Of a DNA stretch of 64,000 nt, positions 17,101-26,888 are shown piece after piece. A program made the position numbers and the translations under genes. The first letter of the stretch is position 1. Each line of letters starts with the position of its first letter. The notes under the pieces are model-generated. The model searched no databases, was not told the origin of the DNA, and saw only the letters and a program-made list of their open reading frames with translations. Origin of the DNA: Limisphaerales bacterium (lineage in GTDB: Bacteria > Verrucomicrobiota > Verrucomicrobiia > Limisphaerales > UBA1100); assembly GCA_014382585.1 (NCBI GenBank), contig JACNJL010000018.1, positions 22,217 through 86,216 of the forward strand, read 5' to 3'.

Positions 17101-18248
17101 GCGAGCCGGAGGTCAGCCACGCATTCCACGTGTTGGGTTTGGGGGAACATGTCCAGCGCAGTGACGCTTTTCAATTCATAACCCTGTTCGCAAAGCCATT
17201 TGAGATCGCGCGCGAGTGTGGCCGGATGGCAGCTCACATAAATCACTTGGCGCGGCTTGATGTTGACCAGCATTTCCAACCCTTCTTTGTGAACCCCTTT
17301 GCGCGGGGGGTCGAGAATGAGGGTGGTGTCTTCCGCGGGGAAACGGTTGAGTAAGGCGTCCATTTGTTCCTCAGTTTTGCCTTGGATGAATTCGCCGTTT
17401 TCAATGCCGCGCGCGGCAAGATTTTTGCGCGCGGGGAGGATGCATTGCTTGTCGATATCGATGCCCACAAATCCCTCCACCAAATCGGACATCGAAAGGC
17501 TGAAAAATCCAATGCCGCAATACGCGTCCACGAGAAACTTCGTGCCCCCATTGGCGAGGCGGTCGCGTACCGTATCCACGAGCTTGGGAAGCAGGGTGAA
17601 ATTATTTTGGAAAAATGAATCGCGGTGCATTTCCCAATCATCAGGCATCATGCGCAGTACAACTTTTTGCATGTTGCGGGGCGGTGGATCTTCGCGCACG
17701 GCTTGGAGTTGATCGTTGAGCGCTTCCTCGGCGATTTCACAGCGTTTGAGGTCTACGACTAATCGACTTTCCGAACGCAGGAACCCATAGATGGCTTTTT
17801 GTTGAAACTTGTCCCATTGGCGGCGAATCATAATGCGGTTGCGATAGCCATAGGGAGAAGGGCAGGGGATGAGTTCATCAACAATTTCCGGCGAAAAACC
17901 GCCCACGCGAACGAAGAGATTGCGTACCTGCTCAAGTTTGATGCGCCCCTGTGCCTCGTAGTCAATATGCTGATATTGGCATCCGCCGCATTCGCCGAAG
18001 TATTGGCATTTGGGATCCACCCGGTCGGGCGATGGAGTGATAATTTGCAGTAGCCGCGCGCGGGCGAAATCACTTTTGCGTTCGATGATTTCCACCAAAG
18101 CCACTTCGCCGAGGATCACAAAAGGGACGAATACCACAAAGCCATCAACCTTGGCGACTCCATCGCCGCCAAAGGCCATATCGGAAATTTCTATTTCAAG
18201 CCGATCCCCAACGTTTAGTGAAGCTGGGGGAGATTCAGTTTCTTCCAT
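17097..18248 (-). CDS. TRAM-domain RNA (uracil-5-)-methyltransferase, RlmD/RumA family
   Basis: An N-terminal TRAM-like segment (LEIEISDMAFGGDGVAKVDGFVVFVP), the Fe-S Cys cluster CQYFGECGGCQYQH, a SAM-binding motif (LVDAYCGIGFFSL), and the C-terminal YVSCHPATLARDL. Confidence 0.85.
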   Translation of the reverse strand: MEETESPPASLNVGDRLEIEISDMAFGGDGVAKVDGFVVFVPFVILGEVALVEIIERKSDFARARLLQIITPSPDRVDPKCQYFGECGGCQYQHIDYEAQGRIKLEQVRNLFVRVGGFSPEIVDELIPCPSPYGYRNRIMIRRQWDKFQQKAIYGFLRSESRLVVDLKRCEIAEEALNDQLQAVREDPPPRNMQKVVLRMMPDDWEMHRDSFFQNNFTLLPKLVDTVRDRLANGGTKFLVDAYCGIGFFSLSMSDLVEGFVGIDIDKQCILPARKNLAARGIENGEFIQGKTEEQMDALLNRFPAEDTTLILDPPRKGVHKEGLEMLVNIKPRQVIYVSCHPATLARDLKWLCEQGYELKSVTALDMFPQTQHVECVADLRLA

Positions 18249-19279
18249 TAATGATCTTTCCGCACATGTTCGCGAAGCAGGTCGCGGCCGAAATCGCCAT
18301 TGAAATCGCGCCAGGTTGCATGCACGTGATTGGCGCCATTTTGTGTGTTCGCGTATTCCAATAAAAAGCTCGGGCCTTGTACGCGATAATAATGTGGCTC
18401 AAATTGTTTGGTGCTGCCTGCCCATGAAAACCGGATTTTTTCAAGGCCGCCTTTTTCAATTTTGGCCCAGTCTTCTTTGGCAACGATGGCCCGATGGCGA
18501 TTGATATATTCCTTGATTAATTCGACCAACATCTGTTGCCCTGCCTTGTCTAATTGACCGTATGCGACCCCCGTTTGTTCGAGTGCCTTGGCGGATGGAA
18601 GTGCTGCGGTCAGAATATCTTTGGGAGCTTTGTTTGCAATCACCGCGGATTTTTTTTGAGATTCCCCTAAAGACAGCCGCAGTTTGCGGGCCAGGTTTTC
18701 TTCCGCCTCCAAAGCCACCAGCCGCCGGCCCGGGCCAAAATCACAGATTGCCGGATTGCTGCCCCAGAAGGAAGGCACCCCTGCCAATTGACCGTTCACG
18801 ATGGTGTAGTTGAGCGAAAGATGGTGGCCTTCAAAACGCCAACCCCATGTCCCTTTGGAGCCGGGTTTGCCAAAAATCAAAATGTGATACGCCTCTGAGT
18901 CCCGGACAAACCGTCGATTCTTTCCTTCGAGAACAAAAAGAATATCTTCAAGAAACATGATATTGCGGATCTTGGTATGCCCTGTTTCACTGAGCACGGT
19001 TTTGAGAAGTGTGTGGGCCAATTTACGTTGAGCGGGGGTCATTTCTTTGATTTGAAGTCCTTTTCGGTATCCATCCTTGAGCATTTCTGCAGGGAGGAAA
19101 TTCCAATCAGTCCGGGCTTCTGATTTGAATGCGTACGCCGCTTTTTTAGTTTGATTTGCGTTGAGGCTTGCGAGCAAACCATTGGCGGCTTGGGCCATGT
19201 TAGCAGGGAAATCGGCGGTGCGTCCGTTTTGGGCAAGCAGCAGTCCGAAAACAAGAATGATCATTTTAGAGAATTTCAT
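18248..19279 (-). CDS. Secreted DUF3500-family protein
   Basis: The signal peptide MKFSKMIILVFGLLLAQNGRTA, plus RTDWNFLP and WGWRFEGHHLSLNYT, which I recognise as the DUF3500 pattern. Its TAA stop overlaps the downstream methyltransferase ATG by 1 nt. Confidence 0.7.
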   Translation of the reverse strand: MKFSKMIILVFGLLLAQNGRTADFPANMAQAANGLLASLNANQTKKAAYAFKSEARTDWNFLPAEMLKDGYRKGLQIKEMTPAQRKLAHTLLKTVLSETGHTKIRNIMFLEDILFVLEGKNRRFVRDSEAYHILIFGKPGSKGTWGWRFEGHHLSLNYTIVNGQLAGVPSFWGSNPAICDFGPGRRLVALEAEENLARKLRLSLGESQKKSAVIANKAPKDILTAALPSAKALEQTGVAYGQLDKAGQQMLVELIKEYINRHRAIVAKEDWAKIEKGGLEKIRFSWAGSTKQFEPHYYRVQGPSFLLEYANTQNGANHVHATWRDFNGDFGRDLLREHVRKDH

Positions 19280-19356
19280 CGGCCGCGATTGTCACTATGA
19301 GGAGCGGAATGACAAGCAGATTGCGCCGATTGTGTTTAGCCATTAAGGTTCGCCCC

Positions 19357-20139
19357 GTGAAACTTTTGTTCATTGGAGACATTGTCGGAAAGCCGGGCCG
19401 GCACGCGGTGCGTGATTTAGTGCCTTTATTGCGGGACCGCCATCAATTGGATTTGGTGATCGCCAATGGCGAAAACGCCGTCGGCGGCAGCGGCATTAAC
19501 CGTGAGAAAGCGAACGAAATTTTTGATGCCGGAGTGGATGTTATGACCTGTGGCGATCATCTTTGGGATCAGCGTGAGGTCCTGGAGTTGCTGGACAGCG
19601 AGCCTCGTTTTGTGCGACCGACTAATTATCCGCCCGGCACGCCCGGGCAGGGCAGCACTTTATTCGAACGTGCGGGATTGCCCACCGTCGGCATAATCAA
19701 CGCGCAAGGCCGCACCTTTATGCGCGGGGAAATGGAAAACCCATTTCGTACGGTAGCCGAGGAAGTCAAGAAGCTTGCTCCGATCGCGCCGGTGATATTT
19801 GTGGATTTTCATGCGGAAGCCACCAGCGAAAAAATTGCCATGGGACGAATGCTGGATGGGGATGTGAGCGCGGTGGTGGGCACGCACACGCACGTGCAAA
19901 CGGCGGATGAAACCATTTTTCCCGGCGGCACGGCTTTCCTTTGCGACGCTGGTTTTACGGGCCCGCACGATGGAGTGATCGGTCGTGAATGGAAGCCGGT
20001 GGTTCATCGATTCCTCACCAGCCAACCCCAGAGGTTTCCCGTTGCCAAAGGCCGTGTGCTGTTGCAGGGGGTGATCATCGAGGTCGATGGCGCTACCGGC
20101 AAAGCTACTTCGATCGAGCGAGTGAATGAGGCGCTTTAG
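19357..20139 (+). CDS. YmdB-like metallophosphoesterase (TIGR00282 family)
   Basis: KLLFIGDIVGKPGR, ANGENAVGGSGI, DFHAEATSEK and GTHTHVQTAD match the YmdB family. The family N-terminus suggests the GTG at 19357. The track ATG at 19297 is an alternative start. Confidence 0.8.
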   Translation: MKLLFIGDIVGKPGRHAVRDLVPLLRDRHQLDLVIANGENAVGGSGINREKANEIFDAGVDVMTCGDHLWDQREVLELLDSEPRFVRPTNYPPGTPGQGSTLFERAGLPTVGIINAQGRTFMRGEMENPFRTVAEEVKKLAPIAPVIFVDFHAEATSEKIAMGRMLDGDVSAVVGTHTHVQTADETIFPGGTAFLCDAGFTGPHDGVIGREWKPVVHRFLTSQPQRFPVAKGRVLLQGVIIEVDGATGKATSIERVNEAL

Positions 20140-20199
20140 AACGAGTCCGTGCGTTCGGTGCTTTCAAATAAATCGTTTATCTGTCAATTTCTCCGACCC

Positions 20200-21078
20200 A
20201 TGAATTCGATGACCGGCTATGGACGCGGCGAATCGTCGCGCGATGGCGCAAAGCTCACAGTAGAAATCAGCACGGTAAACCGCAAGCAGGCGGAATTATC
20301 GTTATACCTGCCTCGGGAACTGGATGCCTTAGAAAACCGGGCACGCGATGAAATTAACTCGCGCATTTCCCGCGGACGCATCGTGGCGCGGGTGGGCTTG
20401 TCGACCACGGACGGGAATGGGACGGAGGTGAAACTCGATGCCAACCTCGCAAAACGTTTCGCCCGCGAATATCGAAAACTTGCCAAGGAGCTGAAGTTGA
20501 AAGACGACCTTGGCATCGACACGATTTTACGCGCCCCCGGTGTGTTGAAACAATGTGATGAGGCGCTGGACGTTGAGAAAGTGTGGCCCACGTTACGAAA
20601 GGCACTGCGCGATGCATTGGCGGATTTGCTTTCGATGCGCACCCGCGAGGGAGCAAATCTTAAAAAAGATTTACAGCAACGTATTGGCACCATGCAAAAG
20701 GCGGTGAAGAAAATTGCAAAGCAGGCACCGTCTACCGTGAAACGGCATCGCGAGCAATTACACGAGCGCCTGATTTCCGCCGGGCTGGAATTGGGCAAGG
20801 GCGATGACGAGCGGTTGCTCAAAGAAGTGGCGATGTTTGCGGACAGGATAGATATCACGGAGGAACTCACGCGGCTGGAAAGTCACTTTGGGCAGTTCAA
20901 CGATTGCGCAAAAACAAAAGGGCCGGTGGGTCGCACCCTTGATTTTCTTTCACAGGAAATGAATCGGGAAATTAACACAATCGGTTCGAAGGGGAATGAT
21001 GCGGCCATTTCAAAGATGGTAGTGACGCTGAAAAGTGAGTTGGAAAAATTTCGTGAGCAGGTGCAAAACGTGGAGTGA
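20200..21078 (+). CDS. yicC: YicC family stress-induced protein
   Basis: MNSMTGYGRGE at the N-terminus, C-terminal TLDFLSQEMNREINTIGSK, and a typical length. The start was trimmed to the ATG at 20200. Confidence 0.8.
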   Translation: MNSMTGYGRGESSRDGAKLTVEISTVNRKQAELSLYLPRELDALENRARDEINSRISRGRIVARVGLSTTDGNGTEVKLDANLAKRFAREYRKLAKELKLKDDLGIDTILRAPGVLKQCDEALDVEKVWPTLRKALRDALADLLSMRTREGANLKKDLQQRIGTMQKAVKKIAKQAPSTVKRHREQLHERLISAGLELGKGDDERLLKEVAMFADRIDITEELTRLESHFGQFNDCAKTKGPVGRTLDFLSQEMNREINTIGSKGNDAAISKMVVTLKSELEKFREQVQNVE

Positions 21079-21671
21079 TGAGGGGTGACAGTCAATCCCA
21101 GCCGATTTTGTGGGTGCTCTCCGGTCCATCGGGAGTAGGGAAAACAACCGTCGCACTGCGGTTGCTGGCGGAGAACCCTTCGCTCGTCCGCGTGGTAACC
21201 TGTACCACTCGCGCCCCCCGCAAAGGCGAAGTGGACGGTGAGGCATATCATTTTTTGAGTGAGACGGAATTCACTCAAGGGGTGGATGCGGGCGAATTTT
21301 TGGAACACGCCGAAGTGTATGGCCAAAGATATGGCACGATGAAATCTGCGGTGACCGAAGCACTCGCCGCAGGGAAGGATGTGCTGGTGGTAAATGATGT
21401 GCAAGGCGCGCTGACGTTTACTGAAATGGCGCGACGGGATGAAGGTTTGGCAAAGGCCTTGAGCACCATTTTTATTGTAGCCGAAAATACGGCAGCGTTG
21501 AGGGCGCGTTTGGAAATGCGCGGTGAGGATGCGCCTGCAGTGATTGCCGGACGACTGGCCGTTGCAGATGCGGAGATGGCGCAGCAGGATCAATTTGACC
21601 ACGTCGTGGTGAGCGGCACACGCGAGGAGGATGCTGCGGCGGTGCAGGAAATTTTTGCAAACGCAAAATAA
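21078..21671 (+). CDS. gmk: Guanylate kinase
   Basis: P-loop LSGPSGVGKTTV, plus TTRAPRKGEVDGEAYHF and EHAEVYGQRYGT. The TGATG junction overlaps the yicC stop. Confidence 0.9.
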   Translation: MRGDSQSQPILWVLSGPSGVGKTTVALRLLAENPSLVRVVTCTTRAPRKGEVDGEAYHFLSETEFTQGVDAGEFLEHAEVYGQRYGTMKSAVTEALAAGKDVLVVNDVQGALTFTEMARRDEGLAKALSTIFIVAENTAALRARLEMRGEDAPAVIAGRLAVADAEMAQQDQFDHVVVSGTREEDAAAVQEIFANAK

Positions 21672-22228
21672 TGGCAAAACGTAAAATAATCGCACTTGGG
21701 GTAACGGGCTCCATTGCTGCCCACAAAGCGGTGGATGTGTGCAGTTCGCTGGCAAAAGGCGGGGCGGATGTGCACGTGGTGATGACCCGGGATGCGCAGG
21801 AATTTGTGACGCCGTTGCCATTCAAAACGCTTTCGCGCAATCCGGTGATCACCAGCCTTTATGATGAGGAAGAGGGCTGGCAGCCGGCGCACATTCGTCT
21901 GGCGGATGAGGCGGATTTGCTGATCATCGCCCCGGCCACGGCTAATTGCCTTGCCAAGCTTGCTCATGGGCAGGCGGATGACGCACTGGGCTGCATCGCG
22001 TTGGCATTGAACCCTGATGCAAAATTGATGATCGCGCCGGCGATGAACGGAAAAATGTGGAGCCATCCGGCCACGCAGGCAAATGTGGCGTTATTGCGGG
22101 ATCGAGGTGCGCAATTCATCGGCCCGGCCGAGGGCGAACTGGCGTGTGGCTACGAGGGACTTGGCCGGTTGGAATCTGCCGAATTAATTGTCGGAGCGGC
22201 CTTGCAGTGGGTGGGGCTTTCATCTTAG
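21671..22228 (+). CDS. coaC: Phosphopantothenoylcysteine decarboxylase flavoprotein (stand-alone CoaC half)
   Basis: GVTGSIAAHKAVDVCSSLAKGGADVHVVMT ... IAPATANCLAKLAHGQADD ... PAMNGKMW. At 185 aa it covers only the flavoprotein domain, and no CoaB ligase half follows. Confidence 0.75.
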   Translation: MAKRKIIALGVTGSIAAHKAVDVCSSLAKGGADVHVVMTRDAQEFVTPLPFKTLSRNPVITSLYDEEEGWQPAHIRLADEADLLIIAPATANCLAKLAHGQADDALGCIALALNPDAKLMIAPAMNGKMWSHPATQANVALLRDRGAQFIGPAEGELACGYEGLGRLESAELIVGAALQWVGLSS

Positions 22229-22243
22229 AAACTTCATTTCCCG

Positions 22244-23656
22244 ATGCCAGCCATTAAAAAAATCCGTCACTTTTTCAAGCTCGTGAGCACCTCGTCTATT
22301 GATCAGGACGAGCAATACTCGCGGTTGAAATTGATGGAACGCGACCTCGGCGTGCCGATTAAAATTTTTGTGTTAGCCATCACAGCGTATTTCCTGTTTT
22401 TCACTGACGAGTTCAAAGGGACGCAGTGGCTGGATGTGGCGCTGGAACCGGTTCAGGAATTTTTCATGGGGTATGTGCTTGTCAATGTTGGGGCGATTGC
22501 TTTCCTGTTGTTTTTCAACCGCTGGCCGTTGCGTGTGGTGCATTGGGTGACGTTGGTGATGAATTTTGTGGATGCCCTGGTGGTGTCAGCATTGGTGGTC
22601 ATCACCGGCGGGCTTGATAGTATGGTCTATTATGTTTTCGTGGTGCTCATTATTCGGAACGCAGTTAGCGTTCCGATTCCGGCAACCCAGATTTCGATCA
22701 ATCTGCTGACGACGGCAGGATATGCGGCAGCCATTTTTATCTGGAAAGGTTGGTTCTCACAGGTCACGGGATTGGATGATGATTTGAGCGGAGCATTTCC
22801 TGGCCCGGCGACCGTAGAGCAGGTTGCTCAGGCAAATACGTTGGAGCAGGATCAATATGAAAGCGCCTTGTTTGTAATCCGGGTTTTCTTTTTGGTGTTG
22901 ATGACGGCGCTGTGTTATGGGGTGCAGGTGTTGTTTGATCGTGACCAAATTTCGCAGCGGGAGTCGCGGGAGTACACGCTGCGCCGTGAGCAATTACGAT
23001 CCACCGGGCGCTTGGCGGCGGAGATTGCGCACCGACTCAAGAATCCTCTTTCGATTATCAATAACGCGGCGTTCTCCATGCAGCGTCATTCGGCGGGACA
23101 GGATGAAAATGCAGCCAAGCAATTGGGCATGATTCGGAGCGAGGTTGATCGATCGGACCGGATCCTGACGGAGTTGATGGGGTATGCGCGACTTTCGGAA
23201 GGGCGCGTGGAGCGGCTCAAGGTGAAGGATGAAATAAGGGTGTCGATTGAGGACGTCTTCCCGAAGGTTTCCAATTTTGAAATCACGGTCAACCAACGGA
23301 TATCAGATGCGCTTCCACCACTGATGATGCAGCGCGCTCATTTGCGGGAAATTCTGGTGAATGTCTTGGTGAATGCCAGAGAATCTACATCCAAGGGCGG
23401 TAGCGTTGATGTTTCGTGCCAACCTTTGGCGAATTATGAAATTGAAATTCGGGTCAAGGACAGCGGGCCGGGAGTACCGGAAGATCAGATCGAACGGATT
23501 TTTGAGGCATATTTCACCACCAAAGAAAAGGGAACAGGCCTCGGACTTTCGATTGTGAAACAAAACACCGAGCTATATGGGGGCAAAATTCACGTTGAAT
23601 CGGTGCTTGGAACCGGAACGGAATTCATTCTAACCTTTCCCACCCGAGCCCTTTAA
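22244..23656 (+). CDS. Multi-pass membrane sensor histidine kinase
   Basis: The N-terminal ~230 aa contains several TM helices. The H-box is AAEIAHRLKNPLSIINN, and the ATPase N/G boxes are NVLVNARES, DSGPGVP and GTGLGLSIVK. Confidence 0.85.
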   Translation: MPAIKKIRHFFKLVSTSSIDQDEQYSRLKLMERDLGVPIKIFVLAITAYFLFFTDEFKGTQWLDVALEPVQEFFMGYVLVNVGAIAFLLFFNRWPLRVVHWVTLVMNFVDALVVSALVVITGGLDSMVYYVFVVLIIRNAVSVPIPATQISINLLTTAGYAAAIFIWKGWFSQVTGLDDDLSGAFPGPATVEQVAQANTLEQDQYESALFVIRVFFLVLMTALCYGVQVLFDRDQISQRESREYTLRREQLRSTGRLAAEIAHRLKNPLSIINNAAFSMQRHSAGQDENAAKQLGMIRSEVDRSDRILTELMGYARLSEGRVERLKVKDEIRVSIEDVFPKVSNFEITVNQRISDALPPLMMQRAHLREILVNVLVNARESTSKGGSVDVSCQPLANYEIEIRVKDSGPGVPEDQIERIFEAYFTTKEKGTGLGLSIVKQNTELYGGKIHVESVLGTGTEFILTFPTRAL

Positions 23657-23668
23657 AGCCACTGAGTT

Positions 23669-25099
23669 ATGAAACCCGACCTCCCCCCAGTCCTAGTGGT
23701 TGATGATGAGCCGAACATGCGCGAAACCGTGCGTGAAATGCTCAACGACGATGGCTTTGCCGTGGAGCTGGCCGAATCCGCCGAACAAGCGCTCGAGATG
23801 ATGGCCGCCCCCGGCGCGGAATTTTTCATGGTGATTACCGATGGACGGCTCGGCGGCATGAGTGGCTACGATCTCATCCGGAAAATGGCTCAGGATTTCC
23901 CCAAACTCCAGGTCATCCTGATCACCGCTTTTGCCACCCCAAAACTTGCAGTGGAGGCCATTCAGGCCGGTGCGGCGGATTATCTTTCGAAACCGTTTGC
24001 TCCCGAAGAATTACTGCACGCGGTCGATCGTTGCCGCGATCATTTTGAGCTGACTGCTGAAAATAAAACCCTGCGCGCGCGTTCCCGGGGCAGTGAGGTT
24101 TACGAAGTACAACAAATTATCGGCGAATCGCCCCAAATGATCGAGCTGCGTCAGTTTATCCAAACCGTGGGCCCCACCGATTCCACAGTACTTATTCTTG
24201 GCGAAAGCGGCACTGGAAAAGAACTGGTGGCCGGATCCATTCACAACCTCAGCCGCCGCACAGATAAACATTACATCCGCCTCAATTGCGCCGCCATTCC
24301 TGAAACGCTTTTGGAGAGCGAATTGTTTGGTCACGAAAAAGGCGCATTCACCGGCGCCCTGCGCACCAAGCCCGGCCGGGTAGAAGAGGCGAATGGTGGG
24401 ACGATTTTTCTCGATGAAATCGGCGACATGAGCCGCCCCCTGCAGGCGAAGTTGCTTCGGTTTCTCGAGGATGGTTCGTTCACGCGCGTGGGGGGCAATG
24501 AGGAAAAGCGCGTTGATGTGCGGATCATTTCTGCGACCAATCGCGACATTGTGACAGCCATCAAAGACAATGAATTTCGCGAAGATTTATATCATCGTCT
24601 CAACGTGATGAAATTCCGTCCGCCCCCCTTACGCGATCGCGGCGATGATGTCGTGCAATTGGCGGAATTTTTCCTCAATCAACATTGTCAAAACTTGGGT
24701 CGGAGCAAGTTGGGACTTTCTAAAGAGGCATCACAAAAACTGATGAGGCACAATTGGCCCGGCAATGTGCGCGAATTACGCAACGTCATGGAACGCGCCG
24801 CCATTCTGGAGCAAACAGACGAGGTGCTGAATTCCAGCCTGCCGGATTTCGAAATGGAAATGCGCCTGCGACAATCTGATGATAGCGGGGCGGAGATCAA
24901 TCTTGAAGCAGGCTTTGCCGAAGCGGTGGCTGAATTTGAGCGCCGAATGATCACCGCCGCTCTTGAGCGGAATCAATACAACATGAATCGCAGCGCTGAG
25001 ATGTTGAAAATGACCCGTCATTCTCTCCGCTATCGGATGCAGCAACTCGGTCTCTCCATGTCCGGCGGTACTAGCGGTGACGACGGCGACAGCGAATAA
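23669..25099 (+). CDS. Sigma-54-dependent response regulator (NtrC family)
   Basis: Receiver domain (VLVVDDEPNMRE ... ITDGRLGGMSG). AAA+ domain with GESGTGKELVA, the GAFTGA loop (ESELFGHEKGAFTGA) and RVGGNEEKRVDVRIISATN. A C-terminal HTH (NMNRSAEMLKMTRHSLRYRM). Confidence 0.9.
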   Translation: MKPDLPPVLVVDDEPNMRETVREMLNDDGFAVELAESAEQALEMMAAPGAEFFMVITDGRLGGMSGYDLIRKMAQDFPKLQVILITAFATPKLAVEAIQAGAADYLSKPFAPEELLHAVDRCRDHFELTAENKTLRARSRGSEVYEVQQIIGESPQMIELRQFIQTVGPTDSTVLILGESGTGKELVAGSIHNLSRRTDKHYIRLNCAAIPETLLESELFGHEKGAFTGALRTKPGRVEEANGGTIFLDEIGDMSRPLQAKLLRFLEDGSFTRVGGNEEKRVDVRIISATNRDIVTAIKDNEFREDLYHRLNVMKFRPPPLRDRGDDVVQLAEFFLNQHCQNLGRSKLGLSKEASQKLMRHNWPGNVRELRNVMERAAILEQTDEVLNSSLPDFEMEMRLRQSDDSGAEINLEAGFAEAVAEFERRMITAALERNQYNMNRSAEMLKMTRHSLRYRMQQLGLSMSGGTSGDDGDSE

Positions 25100-25979
25100 T
25101 CCTGCCGCCTTGGAAGCCAGCCGCGCCATCACGCGCCGCAGTGCTTCGAATTTGGCGCTTTCCTTTGTGGCACTCGACAAGCGTCGCCGCAACGCGATGA
25201 GTGCCCTATACGCATTCTGTCGGCAGGTTGATGATGTTGCTGATGATGAAACCCAACCCCGCGAACAGCGCGCTGCCACCTTGCAGGATTGGCGCGAAGA
25301 TATCCGCCGCGCTTGCGAAGGCGGTCAGCCGCGTACCCAAGTCAATCAGGCGCTGCAGCCGGTTATCGAACAATACGCCCTCAAGTTTGAATATTTTGAC
25401 GAGCTCATTCGCGGCATGGAAATGGATCTTGCGCAGGATCGTTTTGAGACTCGCGAAGAATTGGATTGCTATTGTTATCGCGCCGCTTCCGTGGTCGGCC
25501 TGTTGAGCATCGAAATTTTTGGCTATCGCAACGACGCCTGCCAGCAATATGCCGTGCACCTTGGCAAAGCCCTGCAGCTGACCAACATTCTCCGCGACGT
25601 CGGCAATGATGCCGCGCGTGGTCGCATTTACCTTCCTGTTTCTGATATGGAGAAATACGGCGTGGATCCACAATCTTTGCTGGACTTAAAATACTCCGCC
25701 GCCTTTCACAACCTCGCCGCGGCCACCGCCGTGCGGGCGCGCAGCCATTACCAAATGGCGTCTGAATTATTACCCGCAGCCGATCGGCGCGCCATGGTGG
25801 CTGCCGAGGCGATGGGGGCGGTGTACTGGCGATTGCTGCGGCGGATGGAAAACAATAAATTCCGTGTCTTCGGGCCGCGCCCCACGCGGCTTGGCCGGGT
25901 TCACAAGCTGGCGCTCGTCTTCGGTACGTGGTGGCGCATCAAGACCGGCTCCAACCGTCCCAATTATGGCTGCGGTTGA
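25077..25979 (+). CDS. Squalene/phytoene synthase family enzyme (HpnD-like presqualene diphosphate synthase)
   Basis: Asp-rich motifs YAFCRQVDDVADDE and LTNILRDVGNDAARGRIYLP, plus YCYRAASVVG. A GTG start at 25077 overlaps the regulator gene. A TTG at 25110 is an alternative start. Confidence 0.7.
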   Translation: MTTATANNPAALEASRAITRRSASNLALSFVALDKRRRNAMSALYAFCRQVDDVADDETQPREQRAATLQDWREDIRRACEGGQPRTQVNQALQPVIEQYALKFEYFDELIRGMEMDLAQDRFETREELDCYCYRAASVVGLLSIEIFGYRNDACQQYAVHLGKALQLTNILRDVGNDAARGRIYLPVSDMEKYGVDPQSLLDLKYSAAFHNLAAATAVRARSHYQMASELLPAADRRAMVAAEAMGAVYWRLLRRMENNKFRVFGPRPTRLGRVHKLALVFGTWWRIKTGSNRPNYGCG

Positions 25980-26010
25980 TTTGGGAACAGTTTTCCACTA
26001 ACCTCATCCC

Positions 26011-26814
26011 GTGCACATTCAGTTCACCAAAATGAATGGGGCGGGAAATGACTTCGTGCTGATCGATAATCGCGATGGCGCGATTTCGCTTGGGCGTGAA
26101 CAAATCGCCAAACTCTGCCATCGCCAGCGCGGCGTGGGAGCCGATGGATTAATCCTCCTCAAAAATGCCGAGGGCGAGGGCGATTGGGCTTGGGATTTTT
26201 ATAATGCCGACGGCAGCGACGCTGAGATGTGCGGCAATGGTGCGCGTTGTTTTGCCAGTTACATTCAACACTCGATAGGCGGCGATGGCGAGTTGAGTTT
26301 TGAAACCGCATGCGGCCTTGTGCGCGCCACTGTTGACGATACCACCGTAACGGTGACTCTGACCGACCCCACCCACCTCGCACTGAACGAAACGATTAGG
26401 ACCCAAGCCGGCGAACAAACCATCCATTCTCTCAACACCGGTGTCCCGCACGCGGTGCTGTTTGTGGACAATGCTGATGCCGCGATGGTGGATCGCATGG
26501 GAGAAGAGATTCGTTTCCACGATCATTTCGCGCCCGCAGGCACGAATGTGAATTTTGTGCAAATCTTGTCGCCCGGTCAAATCCGTGTGCGCACCTACGA
26601 GCGCGGTGTGGGTGAAACCCTCGCCTGCGGTACCGGCGTAAGCGCTGGAGCCATCATCACCGCTTATCTCAACGATTGGGCGCCGACCGTGCAAGTGACA
26701 GTCCTCGGCGGCGACACCCTAACCGTAGATTTCCACGGCGATGGTGAAACATTCTCAAACGTTAAACTCACCGGCCCTGCGCAATTTGTGTTTGAAGGAA
26801 CAGCGGCAGTTTAG
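26011..26814 (+). CDS. dapF: Diaminopimelate epimerase
   Basis: FTKMNGAGNDFVLIDN, catalytic Cys motifs MCGNGARC and ACGTG. The start is a GTG. Confidence 0.9.
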   Translation: MHIQFTKMNGAGNDFVLIDNRDGAISLGREQIAKLCHRQRGVGADGLILLKNAEGEGDWAWDFYNADGSDAEMCGNGARCFASYIQHSIGGDGELSFETACGLVRATVDDTTVTVTLTDPTHLALNETIRTQAGEQTIHSLNTGVPHAVLFVDNADAAMVDRMGEEIRFHDHFAPAGTNVNFVQILSPGQIRVRTYERGVGETLACGTGVSAGAIITAYLNDWAPTVQVTVLGGDTLTVDFHGDGETFSNVKLTGPAQFVFEGTAAV

Positions 26815-26888
26815 GAAGGGAAGGGTTGGGTTTACCTTACCAATTCCCTTGAATCTACCCCGTTCCGCCTGCTAGCTTACACCACGCA

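Noticed and set aside
20883-21821. 312-aa minus-strand ORF opposite gmk and the start of coaC
   Set aside because: It is a shadow ORF rich in Cys/His/Arg. The + frames encode unmistakable guanylate kinase and CoaC proteins.
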